Positions 22,977 to 32,833 of a stretch of DNA of 64,000 nucleotides are shown one piece after another (the stretch's first letter is position 1; each line of letters opens with the position of its first letter). The notes under the pieces are model-generated. The model had not been told where the DNA came from. It saw nothing but the letters and a program-made list of their open reading frames with translations, and did no database searches. A program made the position numbers and the translations under genes. This stretch comes from an uncultured Acidobacteriota bacterium (lineage in GTDB: Bacteria; Acidobacteriota; Vicinamibacteria; Vicinamibacterales; UBA2999). Where the stretch lies: the NCBI GenBank assembly GCA_963707795.1, contig OY970174.1, positions 1,179,359-1,243,358 of the forward strand, given 5' to 3'.

Positions 22977-25397
22977 ATGTCGCAGGCCCGCGAGCTCGTC
23001 CGCAGTGTGCGTGTCGCTCCTCTGATCACCGCCGCGGCAATCGTGACGCTCGGGCTCGGCATCGCCGGCACGACCGCCATCTTCAGCGTGGTGAACGGCG
23101 TCCTCATCAAGCCGTTGCCCTACCCGGCCCCTGATGCCCTGGTGCGGCTGGTCCACGCGATCGGCGGCATCGACCAGCCGTATTTCTCGGATGCCATCTA
23201 CCTGGCGTATGTCGACAACGCAGAGGCGTTCGACGACATCGGCGTGTGGAGCCCGGGCGAAACGGTGACGATCGCCGGCCACGGCGACCCGGAGGAGGTG
23301 CGCGCGCTACGAGCCAGCCGCGGCCTGCTGACGACACTCGGCGTGCGGCCGGAGCTGGGACGCTGGTTGTCGCCGGCGGATGACACGCCGGGATCAGCCG
23401 ACACGGTGATCATCACCAGCGCGTACTGGCAGCAGACGTTGGCCGGAGAGCGCAGCGTGTTGGAGCGAACGCTCGCCATCAACGGCCGTCCTCATCAGAT
23501 CGTCGGCGTGATGCCGGCCGACTTCCAATTCGACGGCGAGTTCGACATCGTGCTCCCGCTGAAGATTGACCGCGCGGCGCCGACACCCGGCTTCCGGCTG
23601 CTCGGTGTCGCGAGGCTGCGGCAGGGAGTCACCCTGGTGCAGGCCAACGCCGACGTCTCGCGGCTGTTCCCGATCTGGGTGAAGAACCCCGCGGTGCTGG
23701 CCCGTTGGGCGCCGGCGCTGCGGCCGCTCAAACAGGACGTGGTCGGCGATGTCGGTACCACGCTGTGGACGTTGCTGGGCGCCATCGCGGTCGTGTTGTT
23801 GATCGCCTGTGCGAATGTGGCCAACCTGCTGCTGGTTCGAGGGTTCGCCCGCTCGCAGGAGTTTGCGATTCGCACGGCACTGGGCGCGACATGGACACGA
23901 ATTGCGCGGTCGATCCTGCTCGAGAGTCTCGCGCTGGCACTCGTGGGCGGTATCTGTGGAGTCGCCATCGCCCATGCGGGTCTCCGCCTGTTGCTGAGGA
24001 TGGCACCGACCAATCTGCCACGCGTGCCCGAGATCTCCATCGACCCGGTGGTGCTGAGTGTGGCCTTCGCGGTGTCGCTGATCTCAGGGGTGCTGTTCGC
24101 GTTGACACCAATCGTCAGGTACGCCCGGTCCCAGGGGATGGGCTTGCTCGGCCTGCACGCGCGAGGAAGTAGCCTCACGCCGTCGCACGGGCGGTCCCAG
24201 CAGGTGCTCGTGGCGGCCCAGATTGCGCTCGCGCTCGTGCTCGTGCTCGGTGCGGCGGTGATGATGCGGAGCTTCTCCGCACTTCGCAGCGTGTCCCCGG
24301 GTTTCGTCGAGCCGGGGCACGTCCAGACGTTCACGATTTCCATTCCCGCAGGCATCGTGGCCGAACCGGAACGGGTCGTGCGCATTCAGCACGCGGTGCT
24401 CGACAGCGTCCGCGGTGTTCCCGGCGTCTCCGCGGTCGCCTTCACCACGCGCGTGCCGATGGGCAGCGATCGGAGCAGCACCGCGCTGGCGATCGACGGT
24501 CGTGCTGACGAGGGCCAGACGCCTCCCGACCGGCAGGTCAAGATCGCGTCGCCCGAACTGTTCCAGACCCTGGGGATTCCGCTGGCGGCCGGCCGCGACT
24601 TCACGTGGACGGATGTGTACGACACGCGGCCTGTGGCGATTGTGTCCGAGAATCTGGCGCGCGAGCTGTTCGGGTCGGCCGCGGCGGCGCTCGGCCGGCG
24701 CGTGCGCGAGTACTACGACAAGGCGGCGCCGTGGCTCGAGATCGTGGGGGTGTCTGGCGACGTTCACGACGATGGAGCGGATCAACCGCCGCCGGGGACG
24801 ATCTACTGGCCGGCGCAGCCCGACGAGCGGCTGCTCAGCATGTCCGGGTACCAGGCCCGCCGAGTGACCGTGGCCGTTCGAACCGATCGGGCCGGGCGGC
24901 AGGAGCTGCTGCCGCAGTTACGGGAGGCAGTGCGGGCGGTCGCGCCGACGGTACCGGTGTCGCAGGTGCGCACGCTCGACGAGGTGTACGGTCGTTCGAT
25001 GGCGCGAACGTCGTTCACACTCGTGATGCTGGGCATTGGTGGCGCGATGGCACTCGTGTTGAGTGTGTCCGGAATTTATGGCCTCGTCGCGTACACAGTC
25101 GCCCGACGCGGCCGCGAGATTGGCATTCGGCTGGCCGTCGGCGCGCAGCGAGCCGACATCAGCCGCTTGTTCATGCGCCGTGCGCTCGCGATGACGGCAA
25201 TCGGAGTCGCCGCCGGCCTCGGCGGCGCAGCGGCCGTGACGCGGCTGTTGGAGGGACTCCTGTTCGGCATTGATCCGCTGGACCCGGTGGCCTTCGCCGC
25301 CGCGCCCGTTCTGCTGGTTGGCGCTGCGGTGCTGGCGAGCTACCTGGCGGTCCGGCGGGCCACCGGGCTGGACCCCGTGGACACGCTACGGGAGTAG
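22977..25397 (+). CDS. ADOP-family duplicated orphan permease (MacB/FtsX-type ABC permease, two FtsX halves)
   Basis: 806 aa. The N-terminus TAAAIVTLGLGIAGTTAIFSVVNGVLIKPLPYPAPDALVRL is typical of ADOP proteins. Two MacB-periplasmic plus FtsX 4-TM units are present. An SD aggagg precedes the ATG. No ABC ATPase gene is adjacent. Confidence 0.85.
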   Translation: MSQARELVRSVRVAPLITAAAIVTLGLGIAGTTAIFSVVNGVLIKPLPYPAPDALVRLVHAIGGIDQPYFSDAIYLAYVDNAEAFDDIGVWSPGETVTIAGHGDPEEVRALRASRGLLTTLGVRPELGRWLSPADDTPGSADTVIITSAYWQQTLAGERSVLERTLAINGRPHQIVGVMPADFQFDGEFDIVLPLKIDRAAPTPGFRLLGVARLRQGVTLVQANADVSRLFPIWVKNPAVLARWAPALRPLKQDVVGDVGTTLWTLLGAIAVVLLIACANVANLLLVRGFARSQEFAIRTALGATWTRIARSILLESLALALVGGICGVAIAHAGLRLLLRMAPTNLPRVPEISIDPVVLSVAFAVSLISGVLFALTPIVRYARSQGMGLLGLHARGSSLTPSHGRSQQVLVAAQIALALVLVLGAAVMMRSFSALRSVSPGFVEPGHVQTFTISIPAGIVAEPERVVRIQHAVLDSVRGVPGVSAVAFTTRVPMGSDRSSTALAIDGRADEGQTPPDRQVKIASPELFQTLGIPLAAGRDFTWTDVYDTRPVAIVSENLARELFGSAAAALGRRVREYYDKAAPWLEIVGVSGDVHDDGADQPPPGTIYWPAQPDERLLSMSGYQARRVTVAVRTDRAGRQELLPQLREAVRAVAPTVPVSQVRTLDEVYGRSMARTSFTLVMLGIGGAMALVLSVSGIYGLVAYTVARRGREIGIRLAVGAQRADISRLFMRRALAMTAIGVAAGLGGAAAVTRLLEGLLFGIDPLDPVAFAAAPVLLVGAAVLASYLAVRRATGLDPVDTLRE

Positions 25398-25449
25398 CCA
25401 TTCGCCGCACGACCCTCCGAGCTGACGCGTGCACGCGGCACACCCGGCC

Positions 25450-25668
25450 TCATCGAGCCGCCCCACCGCCCGGCGGCCCGGTGCGACGTAGCAGCGCCCA
25501 TCCGCCTCCGACCGCCATCGCGACGAGCAAGGCCGTCACCGCCAGCACGCCCCAGCGCGGGGCGGCGCCATGGTCCACGATCTCGTGCACCACCGGCATG
25601 TGGAGGCCGACGAGAAACGACGAGAGCAGCGAGCCGACGACGAGGAGTCGATAGGTCCAGGTGTGCAT
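25450..25668 (-). CDS. Hypothetical small membrane protein (2 predicted TM helices)
   Basis: 72-aa ORF with two hydrophobic stretches (YRLLVVGSLLSSFLVGL; WGVLAVTALLVAMAVGGGWALL). It sits just upstream on the strand of the creatininase gene. No family was recognised. Confidence 0.4.
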   Translation of the reverse strand: MHTWTYRLLVVGSLLSSFLVGLHMPVVHEIVDHGAAPRWGVLAVTALLVAMAVGGGWALLRRTGPPGGGAAR

Positions 25669-25716
25669 GATCGGGTCCGGTGTGGCGGCTGCGGCGCGGG
25701 ACTGGACCGGCCGCCA

Positions 25717-26642
25717 TCAGCGGGCCATCGGCCGCAGTTCATTCCACCGCTCGATGAACCGCACCGCGGCCTGCACGAAGTTCTCGGTCTCGCGCCGGCC
25801 CTGTTCGGCCGTCGCCTCCTTCGGATCGCGCACCCCCCAGGTGCCGGTGTCCGACATCTCGCGCGTCGACGTGCCCTTGCCGGTGGTCGTCGCCTTCAGC
25901 CCCTCGGCCAGGAACACGAGCGTGGCGGTCGGGTCGCCGGCGACGACCGCCGGCAGCATCGCGTCGAGATGGTCGGGCATGGTCAGCGTGGCCGCGCGCG
26001 CCGCATCCAGGTCGACCAGCGACGGGGCCAGGTAGAGCGTCGCGGACGTTTCCCCGACCCCGCCGTGCCGGTCGAACGAGCGCGGGCCTGGCGCGGGCGG
26101 CTCCGGCGTCCGGGTCAGGAACGGCGCGGCCGCGTCGCCGAGCTCGACGGCGATGCCTGCAGTCTCCTGGTTGATGCGATCCGCGATATAGCGCGTGATC
26201 GCCTGGTTGCCGCCGTGGCTGTTGAGCAGCAGGAACCGCGTGAAGCCGTGCCGGATCAGGCTCTGGGCGGCCTCGAAGTAGACCTGCTGGATGGTCGTCG
26301 ACGACAGGGTGATGGTGCCGGGAAACTCCATGTGATACGGCGAGTTGCCGGGCAGCAGGATCGGCGCCACGAGCACGTCCGCCCGCTGTGCGACGAGCTT
26401 CGCCCGCTCGAGTCCGTTCAGGTAGTCGGTGCCGATGGGCAGGTGCAGGCTGTGCTGCTCCATGGCCGCAACCGGGATGATGACCATGTCGGTGCGGGTG
26501 CGTAGTTCCTGCACTTCCGGCCACGTCATGTGTGGCAGGTAGTTGCGGACCTTGGCCTCGCGCCACAGCGGGCTGGCGGGCGCCTGGCGGCGGCGCCGAT
26601 CGTGACAGGGGCAAGCAGGAGCCATAGCAGGGCGATCTTCAT
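25717..26642 (-). CDS. Creatininase (creatinine amidohydrolase) family protein, probably secreted; possible frameshift in the signal-peptide region
   Basis: ORF 25717..26625 contains MTWPEVQEL...IIPVAAMEQHSLHLPIGTD...LLNSHGGN. A canonical signal peptide MKIALLWLLLAPVTIGAAA starts at ATG 26642, forming an ATGA overlap with the upstream stop, but in another frame. Joining the two requires a 1-nt indel near 26585. The alternative is an unshifted start at 26625. Confidence 0.8.
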
Positions 26643-28087
26643 CGGGACCTCACAGCCGTCATGGTCAGCTCGAGTCGCGCGCCGCGGGCCAGCGCCGCGA
26701 CGGCCACCGTCGACCGCGCCGGCAACGGTTCGGCGGTGAAGTACTCGCGGTAGATCGCGTTGAAGCGCGGAAAGTCGGCCATGTCCGCCAGGTAGGCGGT
26801 GACCGACACCACGTCGGCGAGCGTCATCCCCGCCTCCTTCAGAACGATCTGCAGGTTCGCCATGATCTGCCGCATCTCCGGCTCGAAGCCGCCCGCCACC
26901 AGGTGCCCGGTCGCCGGATCGCCGCCGGTACTGCCCGAGAGGTACAGCGTGTCCCCGACGAGAATCCCCGGCGTCAGCGGCGAGGGGGTCGGCTTGTAGC
27001 CCGGCGGCTGAATCGCCCGCCGGCGACCAGGCGGCTGCGTGATGCCATCGAAGTGATCGACCACCAGCCGGGCGATGCGCCCGATGCGATCCTCGGCCTC
27101 GCCGTAAACGCCGGTGATGCCGCTGGCGAGAAACGCGATCACCACGGGTCCCGAGCGCGTGTAGATGATGCCGACGTCGTTGGCGATGTTGCCGCTGTCG
27201 CCGGTCTTGTGGGCGACCGGCACGTCCACGAAGTGGGGAAGCCGCCGCGACCCCGCCAGCTGCCGGCGCATGATCGTCCGCATCGCTGCCGTGCTCGCCG
27301 GGGACGCGATGGTCGCGCGCTCGATCGCCTCCAACAGCCGCCCCATCTCCCGCGCGGTGATCTCGCCGAGCCAGATGTCCCGGTCCTCGACCATCAGCCG
27401 TCGCTGATTCTCGCGGTGGCGCTGACGCGTGGCCGGATCGCGGACGATGTCGAGCCAGCCGGCCCGCTCGCCGGTGAACAGGCCGCGATAGTGCTCGAAC
27501 GACGGGTTGTCGCTCATCGCATACTGCAGGCCGGTCGTCTCTTCCGCCGTGATCGATGCGAAGCGCGGATCGAGACGGGCGAGGAGCTTGCGGCGGTATT
27601 CGTAGCCGCGGTTGATCATCCGCATCCGGTACCCGGCGTCCGCGAGCCAGGCGTTCAACGCGGCCATGCCGCCGACGCGAGTAATCATGATGTCGGTGGC
27701 GGTGTTGTCGCTGGTGATGATCATCTGCACGATCAGGTCGCGGATCGTCGGCGCGAGCCCCGGATCGGCGTACTGGAAGACGCCGGTGCCATCGCGCACG
27801 TCGGCGCGACCGAGCGTGACGCGCTCGTCGAGCGCCAGCCGTCCCTGCTCGGCGAGCTGGAACGCCCGTACCATGATGGGGATCTTGATGACGCTCTGGC
27901 TGTTGAACGACGCGTCGGCCCGCACCGCGACCTCGTCGCCGGTCGTCAGGTGCTTCAGGTAGACCGCCGTGCGGCCGGGAAACGCGGTGAGCGCCGCCTC
28001 GATGGCGGCGGCCAGCGGCGCCGTCGCCGTCTGGGCCGTGGCCGTCGCCGGCAGGGCAATGGCGAGGAGGAAATTGAAGAGTCGCAT
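26639..28087 (-). CDS. Secreted class-A-beta-lactamase-like serine hydrolase fused to a C-terminal RidA/YjgF (L-PSP) domain
   Basis: Starts at ATG 28087 with signal peptide MRLFNFLLAIALPATATAQ. SxxK (SQSVIK), SDN (ITSDNTATD) and KTG (AHKTGDS) motifs are present. The last ~125 aa (GDTLYLSGSTGGDPATG...VTAYLADMADFPRFNAIYREYF...PARSTVAVAALARGARLEL) are RidA-like. The ORF-track extension to 28738 is antisense to the oxygenase gene. Confidence 0.8.
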   Translation of the reverse strand: MRLFNFLLAIALPATATAQTATAPLAAAIEAALTAFPGRTAVYLKHLTTGDEVAVRADASFNSQSVIKIPIMVRAFQLAEQGRLALDERVTLGRADVRDGTGVFQYADPGLAPTIRDLIVQMIITSDNTATDIMITRVGGMAALNAWLADAGYRMRMINRGYEYRRKLLARLDPRFASITAEETTGLQYAMSDNPSFEHYRGLFTGERAGWLDIVRDPATRQRHRENQRRLMVEDRDIWLGEITAREMGRLLEAIERATIASPASTAAMRTIMRRQLAGSRRLPHFVDVPVAHKTGDSGNIANDVGIIYTRSGPVVIAFLASGITGVYGEAEDRIGRIARLVVDHFDGITQPPGRRRAIQPPGYKPTPSPLTPGILVGDTLYLSGSTGGDPATGHLVAGGFEPEMRQIMANLQIVLKEAGMTLADVVSVTAYLADMADFPRFNAIYREYFTAEPLPARSTVAVAALARGARLELTMTAVRSR

Positions 28088-28228
28088 CGGCAGGCCTCGT
28101 GGAGGGGGATGATACGGCGCCAGTCGCGGAGTTGTCGATCCGGCACGGCCGCAGGCCCTGATTCGCCCGCAAGATTCGGAGTGCGTGGCGCCGCGGCGCA
28201 CGGCACAGTAGACGGAGGAGGCAGCCAG

Positions 28229-29008
28229 ATGTCCAGGGCACTCGCGCGGGAGAGAGAGGGCGTGGCAGGCGCCGGGCCCCGGAATGATGGCCCGCCAGTG
28301 GTGCCCCTCGAGCCGCGCGTCGGCGACCAGGACTGGGCGGCCATGGGTCGCGACCTCGACGACCACGGGTGTGCGGTGGCACCGCAACTCCTCACGGCAG
28401 CCGAGTGCCGCGAGATCGCCGGCTGGTTCGACGACGACCGGCGGTTCCGGAGCCACGTGGTCATGGCGCGGCACGGGTTCGGGCGCGGGGAATACAAGTA
28501 CTTCACCTATCCGCTGCCGGACGCGATCGCGTCGTTGCGCGCGGCGCTCTATCCGCGGCTGGCGCCGATCGCCAACCGGTGGAACGACGCGATGGGCCTC
28601 GCCGTCCGCTATCCCGAGGCGCACGCCGACTTCCTCGCGCGCTGTCACGCCGCCGGCCAGACCCGCCCGACGCCGCTGCTGCTGCAGTACGGCGCGGGCG
28701 ACTTCAACGCGCTGCACCAGGACGTCTACGGCGAGCACGTGTTTCCCCTACAGGTGGCGATTCTGCTGTCGGCCCCCGGACAGGACTTCACCGGCGGGGA
28801 ATTCGTGCTGACCGAGCAGCGGCCGCGGATGCAGTCTCGTGTCGAGGTGGTGCCCCTCGACCGCGGCGACGCCGTAATGTTCGCGGTCCGCGACCGGCCG
28901 GTGCAAGGGACGCGGGGCGTCTATCGCGTGAGCCTGCGCCACGGCGTCAGCCGGCTGCGCGGCGGCCGCCGTCACACGCTTGGCGTGATCTTCCACGACG
29001 CGACGTAG
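28229..29008 (+). CDS. 2OG-Fe(II) oxygenase (Oxygenase-NA / proline-hydroxylase-like family)
   Basis: Starts at ATG 28229 after SD ggaggagg. Contains RFRSHVVMARHGFGRGEYKYFTYPLP, TPLLLQYGAGDFNALHQDVYGEHVFPLQ, FTGGEFVLTEQRPRMQSR and RHGVSRLRGGRRHTLGVIFHDA. Confidence 0.8.
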   Translation: MSRALAREREGVAGAGPRNDGPPVVPLEPRVGDQDWAAMGRDLDDHGCAVAPQLLTAAECREIAGWFDDDRRFRSHVVMARHGFGRGEYKYFTYPLPDAIASLRAALYPRLAPIANRWNDAMGLAVRYPEAHADFLARCHAAGQTRPTPLLLQYGAGDFNALHQDVYGEHVFPLQVAILLSAPGQDFTGGEFVLTEQRPRMQSRVEVVPLDRGDAVMFAVRDRPVQGTRGVYRVSLRHGVSRLRGGRRHTLGVIFHDAT

Positions 29009-29020
29009 CGCCGCCGACGG

Positions 29021-29197
29021 TCAGGAGCGGCGCGACAGGCTCCAGAGGATCCCGAGCACCACCGCCCCGACGAGGGTCCACGTGCCGGGGCCGGCGTCGG
29101 CGACGAACGCACGCGCGGCAAACGACACCTTCTGCCCGGCGAGGACGAGCGAGTCGAGCAGGCCGTACTCGGCGACCGCTTGCGCAATGATCGTCAT
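29021..29197 (-). CDS. Hypothetical small protein (58 aa) with C-terminal TM helix
   Basis: Internal ATG 29197 of ORF 29021..29389 gives MTIIAQAVAEYGLLDSLVLAG...WTLVGAVVLGILWSLSRRS. No family was recognised, and coding is uncertain. Confidence 0.3.
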   Translation of the reverse strand: MTIIAQAVAEYGLLDSLVLAGQKVSFAARAFVADAGPGTWTLVGAVVLGILWSLSRRS

Positions 29198-29273
29198 CGA
29201 TGCTCTGCCTGTCGCGCCGGAGGCGCGACGACGACGATAGCGGCCCGCGGGCTGCCGTGTAAAGGCCGGCGCC

Positions 29274-29711
29274 ATGCGAGAATCGTGGGCGCGCTTCATG
29301 CCCGTGCACACCGTTGACCAGGCCGGCGCCGTCGTTTTCCGGCGGCGCGCCGGCCGTCCGCAAATCCTGCTCGTCCGCGCGCGGCGCACGCCCGGGCAAT
29401 GGATCTTTCCGAAGGGTCACATCGAGGACGGCGAGTCGCCGCAAGCCGCGGCTGTGCGCGAGACGCAGGAGGAAGCCGGCGTGGACGGTGAGGCGGTGGC
29501 GCGTTTGCGCCCGCGGGTCGAGTTCACGGTCGGCCGCACGCGCGTCCGCGTGCGCTATTTCCTGCTGCGGGCGACTGGACGCGTGCCGTCGAGCGAGGAG
29601 CGGAAGAAGCGGTGGGTGGCGCCGGCGGCGGCGGCGCGCCTGCTCACTCACGACGGAGCCCGCAGGGTGCTGCGCGCGGCAGTGGCCCGCATCGCCGCGA
29701 TCACCAGCTGA
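29274..29711 (+). CDS. NUDIX hydrolase
   Basis: 145 aa with the Nudix box [23 protein letters not shown]. Confidence 0.88.
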   Translation: MRESWARFMPVHTVDQAGAVVFRRRAGRPQILLVRARRTPGQWIFPKGHIEDGESPQAAAVRETQEEAGVDGEAVARLRPRVEFTVGRTRVRVRYFLLRATGRVPSSEERKKRWVAPAAAARLLTHDGARRVLRAAVARIAAITS

Positions 29712-29726
29712 TCGACGAGCTGACGC

Positions 29727-31994
29727 TCACCGCGCGAGGGCGTCGAGGGCCGCGCGGGCGCTGGCGCGATCCGGGAAGTGTGCGTCGCTCTGCAGGGCGC
29801 GGGTCAGCGCCTCGCGGGCCTTGCTCGTGTCGCCGGCCGCCGCGTACGCCTTGCCGAGGTGATACTGATACATCGGCGCCTGCGGATCGGCGCGTGCCGC
29901 CTCCTCCAGCTGGGCCACGGCGCGGGCGACATGTCCCTTGTGCAGGTAGACCCATCCCAGGGCATCGGCCACGGCCGGGTCGTCGGGCGCGCGCTGCCGC
30001 GTGGCCGAGAGGCGCCCCAGGGTGACGTCGAGGTTTTCGCCCATCGTGACATCGAGCAGGGCGAGCCGGGCGGCGGCGCTCGCCGCGGCAGGATCCTGCC
30101 CGAGGATCCGCTGATAGCGGGCGCGCGCGTCGGCGTGACGCCCGGCTTGCTCCAGCAGGCCGGCGAGGGCCATTTGCGCGGCGAGCGAGGTCGGCTGCCG
30201 GGTGAGCACCTGCTCGATGGCGCGCATGGCATCGTCGCGACGGTCCTGCGCCTGCAGCAGGTCCGCGAGCGCCAGCGCCGCGCCGACGTGATCCGGCGTG
30301 CGCCCCAGCACGCGGCGCAGCGCCGCCTCCGCCCCTGCCGAGTCACCGGCGGCCACAAAGACACGACTCGACAGCACCAGGTACGCCGGATCGTCGGGCC
30401 GCTCGAGCAGCGCCTGGTCGATGCGTCGGCGCGCATTCGCCAGCTGGCCCTGGGCAAGGTCCAGCGAGGCCAATCCAGTGAGCGCGTCGTGCAGGCCCGG
30501 GCGCAACTCGAGCGCGCGTTCGTACGCGGCGCGCGCCGCGGGGACATTCCGCTGCGCGTCGCGGATGGCTCCGAGCTGCACCTGGAGCTCGGCCGACGCC
30601 GGGTTGCGCGCGATCAAGGAGCGCAGCGCCTGATCGGCGGCGGGGAGACGTCCGGTGCGGACGAGCGCGGTGACCTCGACGAGTGCCGCGTCATCGTCCT
30701 CGGGCCGTTTGCGGCGCGCCTCGCGCGCGTAATCCAGCGCCAGGCGGTCCCGCCCGGTGGCGAGGGCCGCCCGCGCCAGCGGCGCGGGTACGTGTGCGGC
30801 GTCGGGACTGAGCCGGAGCGCCTCGCGGAGCTCGGTGAACGCCCCATCGGGCTGGCCGGTGTCCCACAGCGCCTGGCCGAGCACGAAACGGGCGTCGCTC
30901 GACTGCGGCGCGGCGGCGACGGCGGCACGGGCGGATGGGAGCGCTGCGCTGAGGTTGCCCATGGCGAACAGCAGCTGGGCCTTCAGCAGCAGGCCCTGCG
31001 GCTGGCTGGGGTGACGTGTGAGGACGCGCTCGACCCGGACCAGCGCCTCGGCGCGTTTGCCGGCCGAGGCCTCGAGGCTGGCAGCCCGCAGGGACGCGAC
31101 GCCGGTGTCGTCGTCGGCGGCCAGCTGTTCGTACATCCGCAGCGCCTCCTCGTCCCGTCCGACCGAGGCGTAGTGGTCGGCGAGCGCGAGATGTGCCGCG
31201 CGACTGTCGGGCGGGTCTCCGGCGGCAGCGCTCGCGAGATACCGTTCGCCGTCCGCCATGCGGTTGCGCGACAGATAGAACATCCCGAGCGCGTGGTGCA
31301 GCGTCGCGTAACCCGGCATCTCGTCGGCCGCCTGCCGCAGCCACGTCTCGCCCTCATCCAGGCGGCCGGTGGCCCAAAGGAAGTTGGCCAGCGCCAGCTT
31401 CGAATCGGCCGACGGGGCGACCGCAAGCGCCTTGCGGAATGCGGCTTCGGCGGCCTGGTCCTGCTCGGGGCTGACCGGCGGCCGCAGCTGGCGCCGGGCG
31501 ACATCGAATGCCACCGGATCGGTAACCACGCTCACGAGCTTGTAGATGGCCCACGCGCGATTGATCAGGTGCGCGCGCGCATTGCCCAGCACGATGAGCG
31601 CTTCAGGGTTGTCGGGCTCGGCTTGCAGCACCGCCGACGCAAAATCGGCCGCATCGACGAATCGCTGCTGCGTCAGGATCAATCGTGCGGCCAGCAGCCG
31701 GGCTTCCATGTTGCCGGGCAGGAGGTCGGCGGCGCGGACCGCCTCGGCCACGGCTTCCCCGTGCAGCCCGGCTCGTTCGGCAGCATTGGAGAGCGTCATC
31801 CGCGCCAGGCCATCGAATGGGTCGGCGAGGACGGCGCGGCGAAACGCGGCCGTGGCCTCGGCATGCTGGCCGGCGGCGGCCAGGGCCTGGCCTTGGCGCT
31901 GGGCCTCGGCCTTGACGACCGCGGGGTCCGGCGCACACGCCGTGGCGGCCAGGGTCAGAAGCGCTCCGGCGGCGAGATACAGGGCCCCGCTCAT
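29727..31994 (-). CDS. Tetratricopeptide-repeat (TPR) protein with probable lipoprotein signal; last gene of the minus-strand glycan operon
   Basis: 755 aa. The N-terminus is MSGALYLAAGALLTLAATAC. The rest is uninterrupted TPR-like Ala/Leu-rich repeats (...AxxxYxxAL...P...A...LG...). Confidence 0.8.
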   Translation of the reverse strand: MSGALYLAAGALLTLAATACAPDPAVVKAEAQRQGQALAAAGQHAEATAAFRRAVLADPFDGLARMTLSNAAERAGLHGEAVAEAVRAADLLPGNMEARLLAARLILTQQRFVDAADFASAVLQAEPDNPEALIVLGNARAHLINRAWAIYKLVSVVTDPVAFDVARRQLRPPVSPEQDQAAEAAFRKALAVAPSADSKLALANFLWATGRLDEGETWLRQAADEMPGYATLHHALGMFYLSRNRMADGERYLASAAAGDPPDSRAAHLALADHYASVGRDEEALRMYEQLAADDDTGVASLRAASLEASAGKRAEALVRVERVLTRHPSQPQGLLLKAQLLFAMGNLSAALPSARAAVAAAPQSSDARFVLGQALWDTGQPDGAFTELREALRLSPDAAHVPAPLARAALATGRDRLALDYAREARRKRPEDDDAALVEVTALVRTGRLPAADQALRSLIARNPASAELQVQLGAIRDAQRNVPAARAAYERALELRPGLHDALTGLASLDLAQGQLANARRRIDQALLERPDDPAYLVLSSRVFVAAGDSAGAEAALRRVLGRTPDHVGAALALADLLQAQDRRDDAMRAIEQVLTRQPTSLAAQMALAGLLEQAGRHADARARYQRILGQDPAAASAAARLALLDVTMGENLDVTLGRLSATRQRAPDDPAVADALGWVYLHKGHVARAVAQLEEAARADPQAPMYQYHLGKAYAAAGDTSKAREALTRALQSDAHFPDRASARAALDALAR

Positions 31995-32023
31995 GGTCGG
32001 ATCGTCAGTCTACCCACGTCAGG

Positions 32024-32833
32024 CTACCGCCGCCGGCCGATTATCCGGGCGACCCGGATGGCCAGCGCCGGGTCGTCGGTCTCGATGCCGTCCACGCCGC
32101 CCTCGATCAACCGCCGCATCGTCGGCTCGTCGTTGATGGTGTAGGCGTACACGGGCATCCCTCTGGCATGCGCGTCGGCGATGAATGCAGGCGTCGCGTT
32201 GGGGATCTCGAAAATGGTGACCCCGGCGGCCTTTACCTCACGGAAGTAGCCCTCGTCCCAGCTCGCGGGCGCTCCCTCCGAGAGCAACAGCGTGACGTCC
32301 GGCAGGTGACGCGCGAAGTCTGCCCGTTGCGCGCCGTCCCAGGTGCCGAGCATGACCGCGCCGGGCGGAGTGCCGGTCGCGCGCAGTTCGGCCGCGATGG
32401 CGCTGCCCAAGCCATCGACGGGGACGTCGAGCAGCAGGCGCCCCTTACCGCGCGCGGCGTGCAGCGCCTCTGCCAGCGTCGGAACCCGCTCGCCGGCGAA
32501 GCGGGCATCCTTCCAGGATCCGGCATCGAGCGCCTTGAGCTCCGCCAGCGTGAGCTCGGCGATTGCTCCGTGGCCGCTCGTCGTCCGATTGACGGTTTCG
32601 TCGTGCATGACGACGAGGGTACCGTCGCGAGTCAATCGGATGTCCAGCTCGACGACGTCGCTGCCGGCTGCGAATGCCGAGTGCAGCGACGCGATCGTGT
32701 TCTCCGGCGCGTCCACCGGGTTGCCGCGATGGCCGATGACAATCAGGGGCGCCGCTGGGGGCGGTGCTGGTGCACATGCGACGAGGGCCGCGACATTTGC
32801 CAGCGCGGCCGCGGCCAGTCGCCGGAGACTCAT
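32024..32833 (-). CDS. Glycerophosphodiester phosphodiesterase (GDPD) family lipoprotein
   Basis: 269 aa with a signal/lipobox ...AALVAC and VIGHRGNPVDAPENTIASLHSAFAAGSDVVELDIRLTRDGTLVVMHDETVNRTT. Its start overlaps the upstream stop (ATGA). Confidence 0.88.
   Translation of the reverse strand: MSLRRLAAAALANVAALVACAPAPPPAAPLIVIGHRGNPVDAPENTIASLHSAFAAGSDVVELDIRLTRDGTLVVMHDETVNRTTSGHGAIAELTLAELKALDAGSWKDARFAGERVPTLAEALHAARGKGRLLLDVPVDGLGSAIAAELRATGTPPGAVMLGTWDGAQRADFARHLPDVTLLLSEGAPASWDEGYFREVKAAGVTIFEIPNATPAFIADAHARGMPVYAYTINDEPTMRRLIEGGVDGIETDDPALAIRVARIIGRRR

Noticed and set aside
26903-28228. N-terminal 442 aa of the 701-aa ORF 26903..29008 (and likewise 28088..28738 of the 699-aa minus ORF)
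   Set aside because: These are mutual antisense extensions. The real genes start at ATG 28229 (SD ggaggagg) and ATG 28087 (signal peptide). The upstream parts have no protein-like features.
29778-32144. 788-aa plus-strand ORF
   Set aside because: It is antisense to the TPR lipoprotein and GDPD genes and has shadow-ORF composition.
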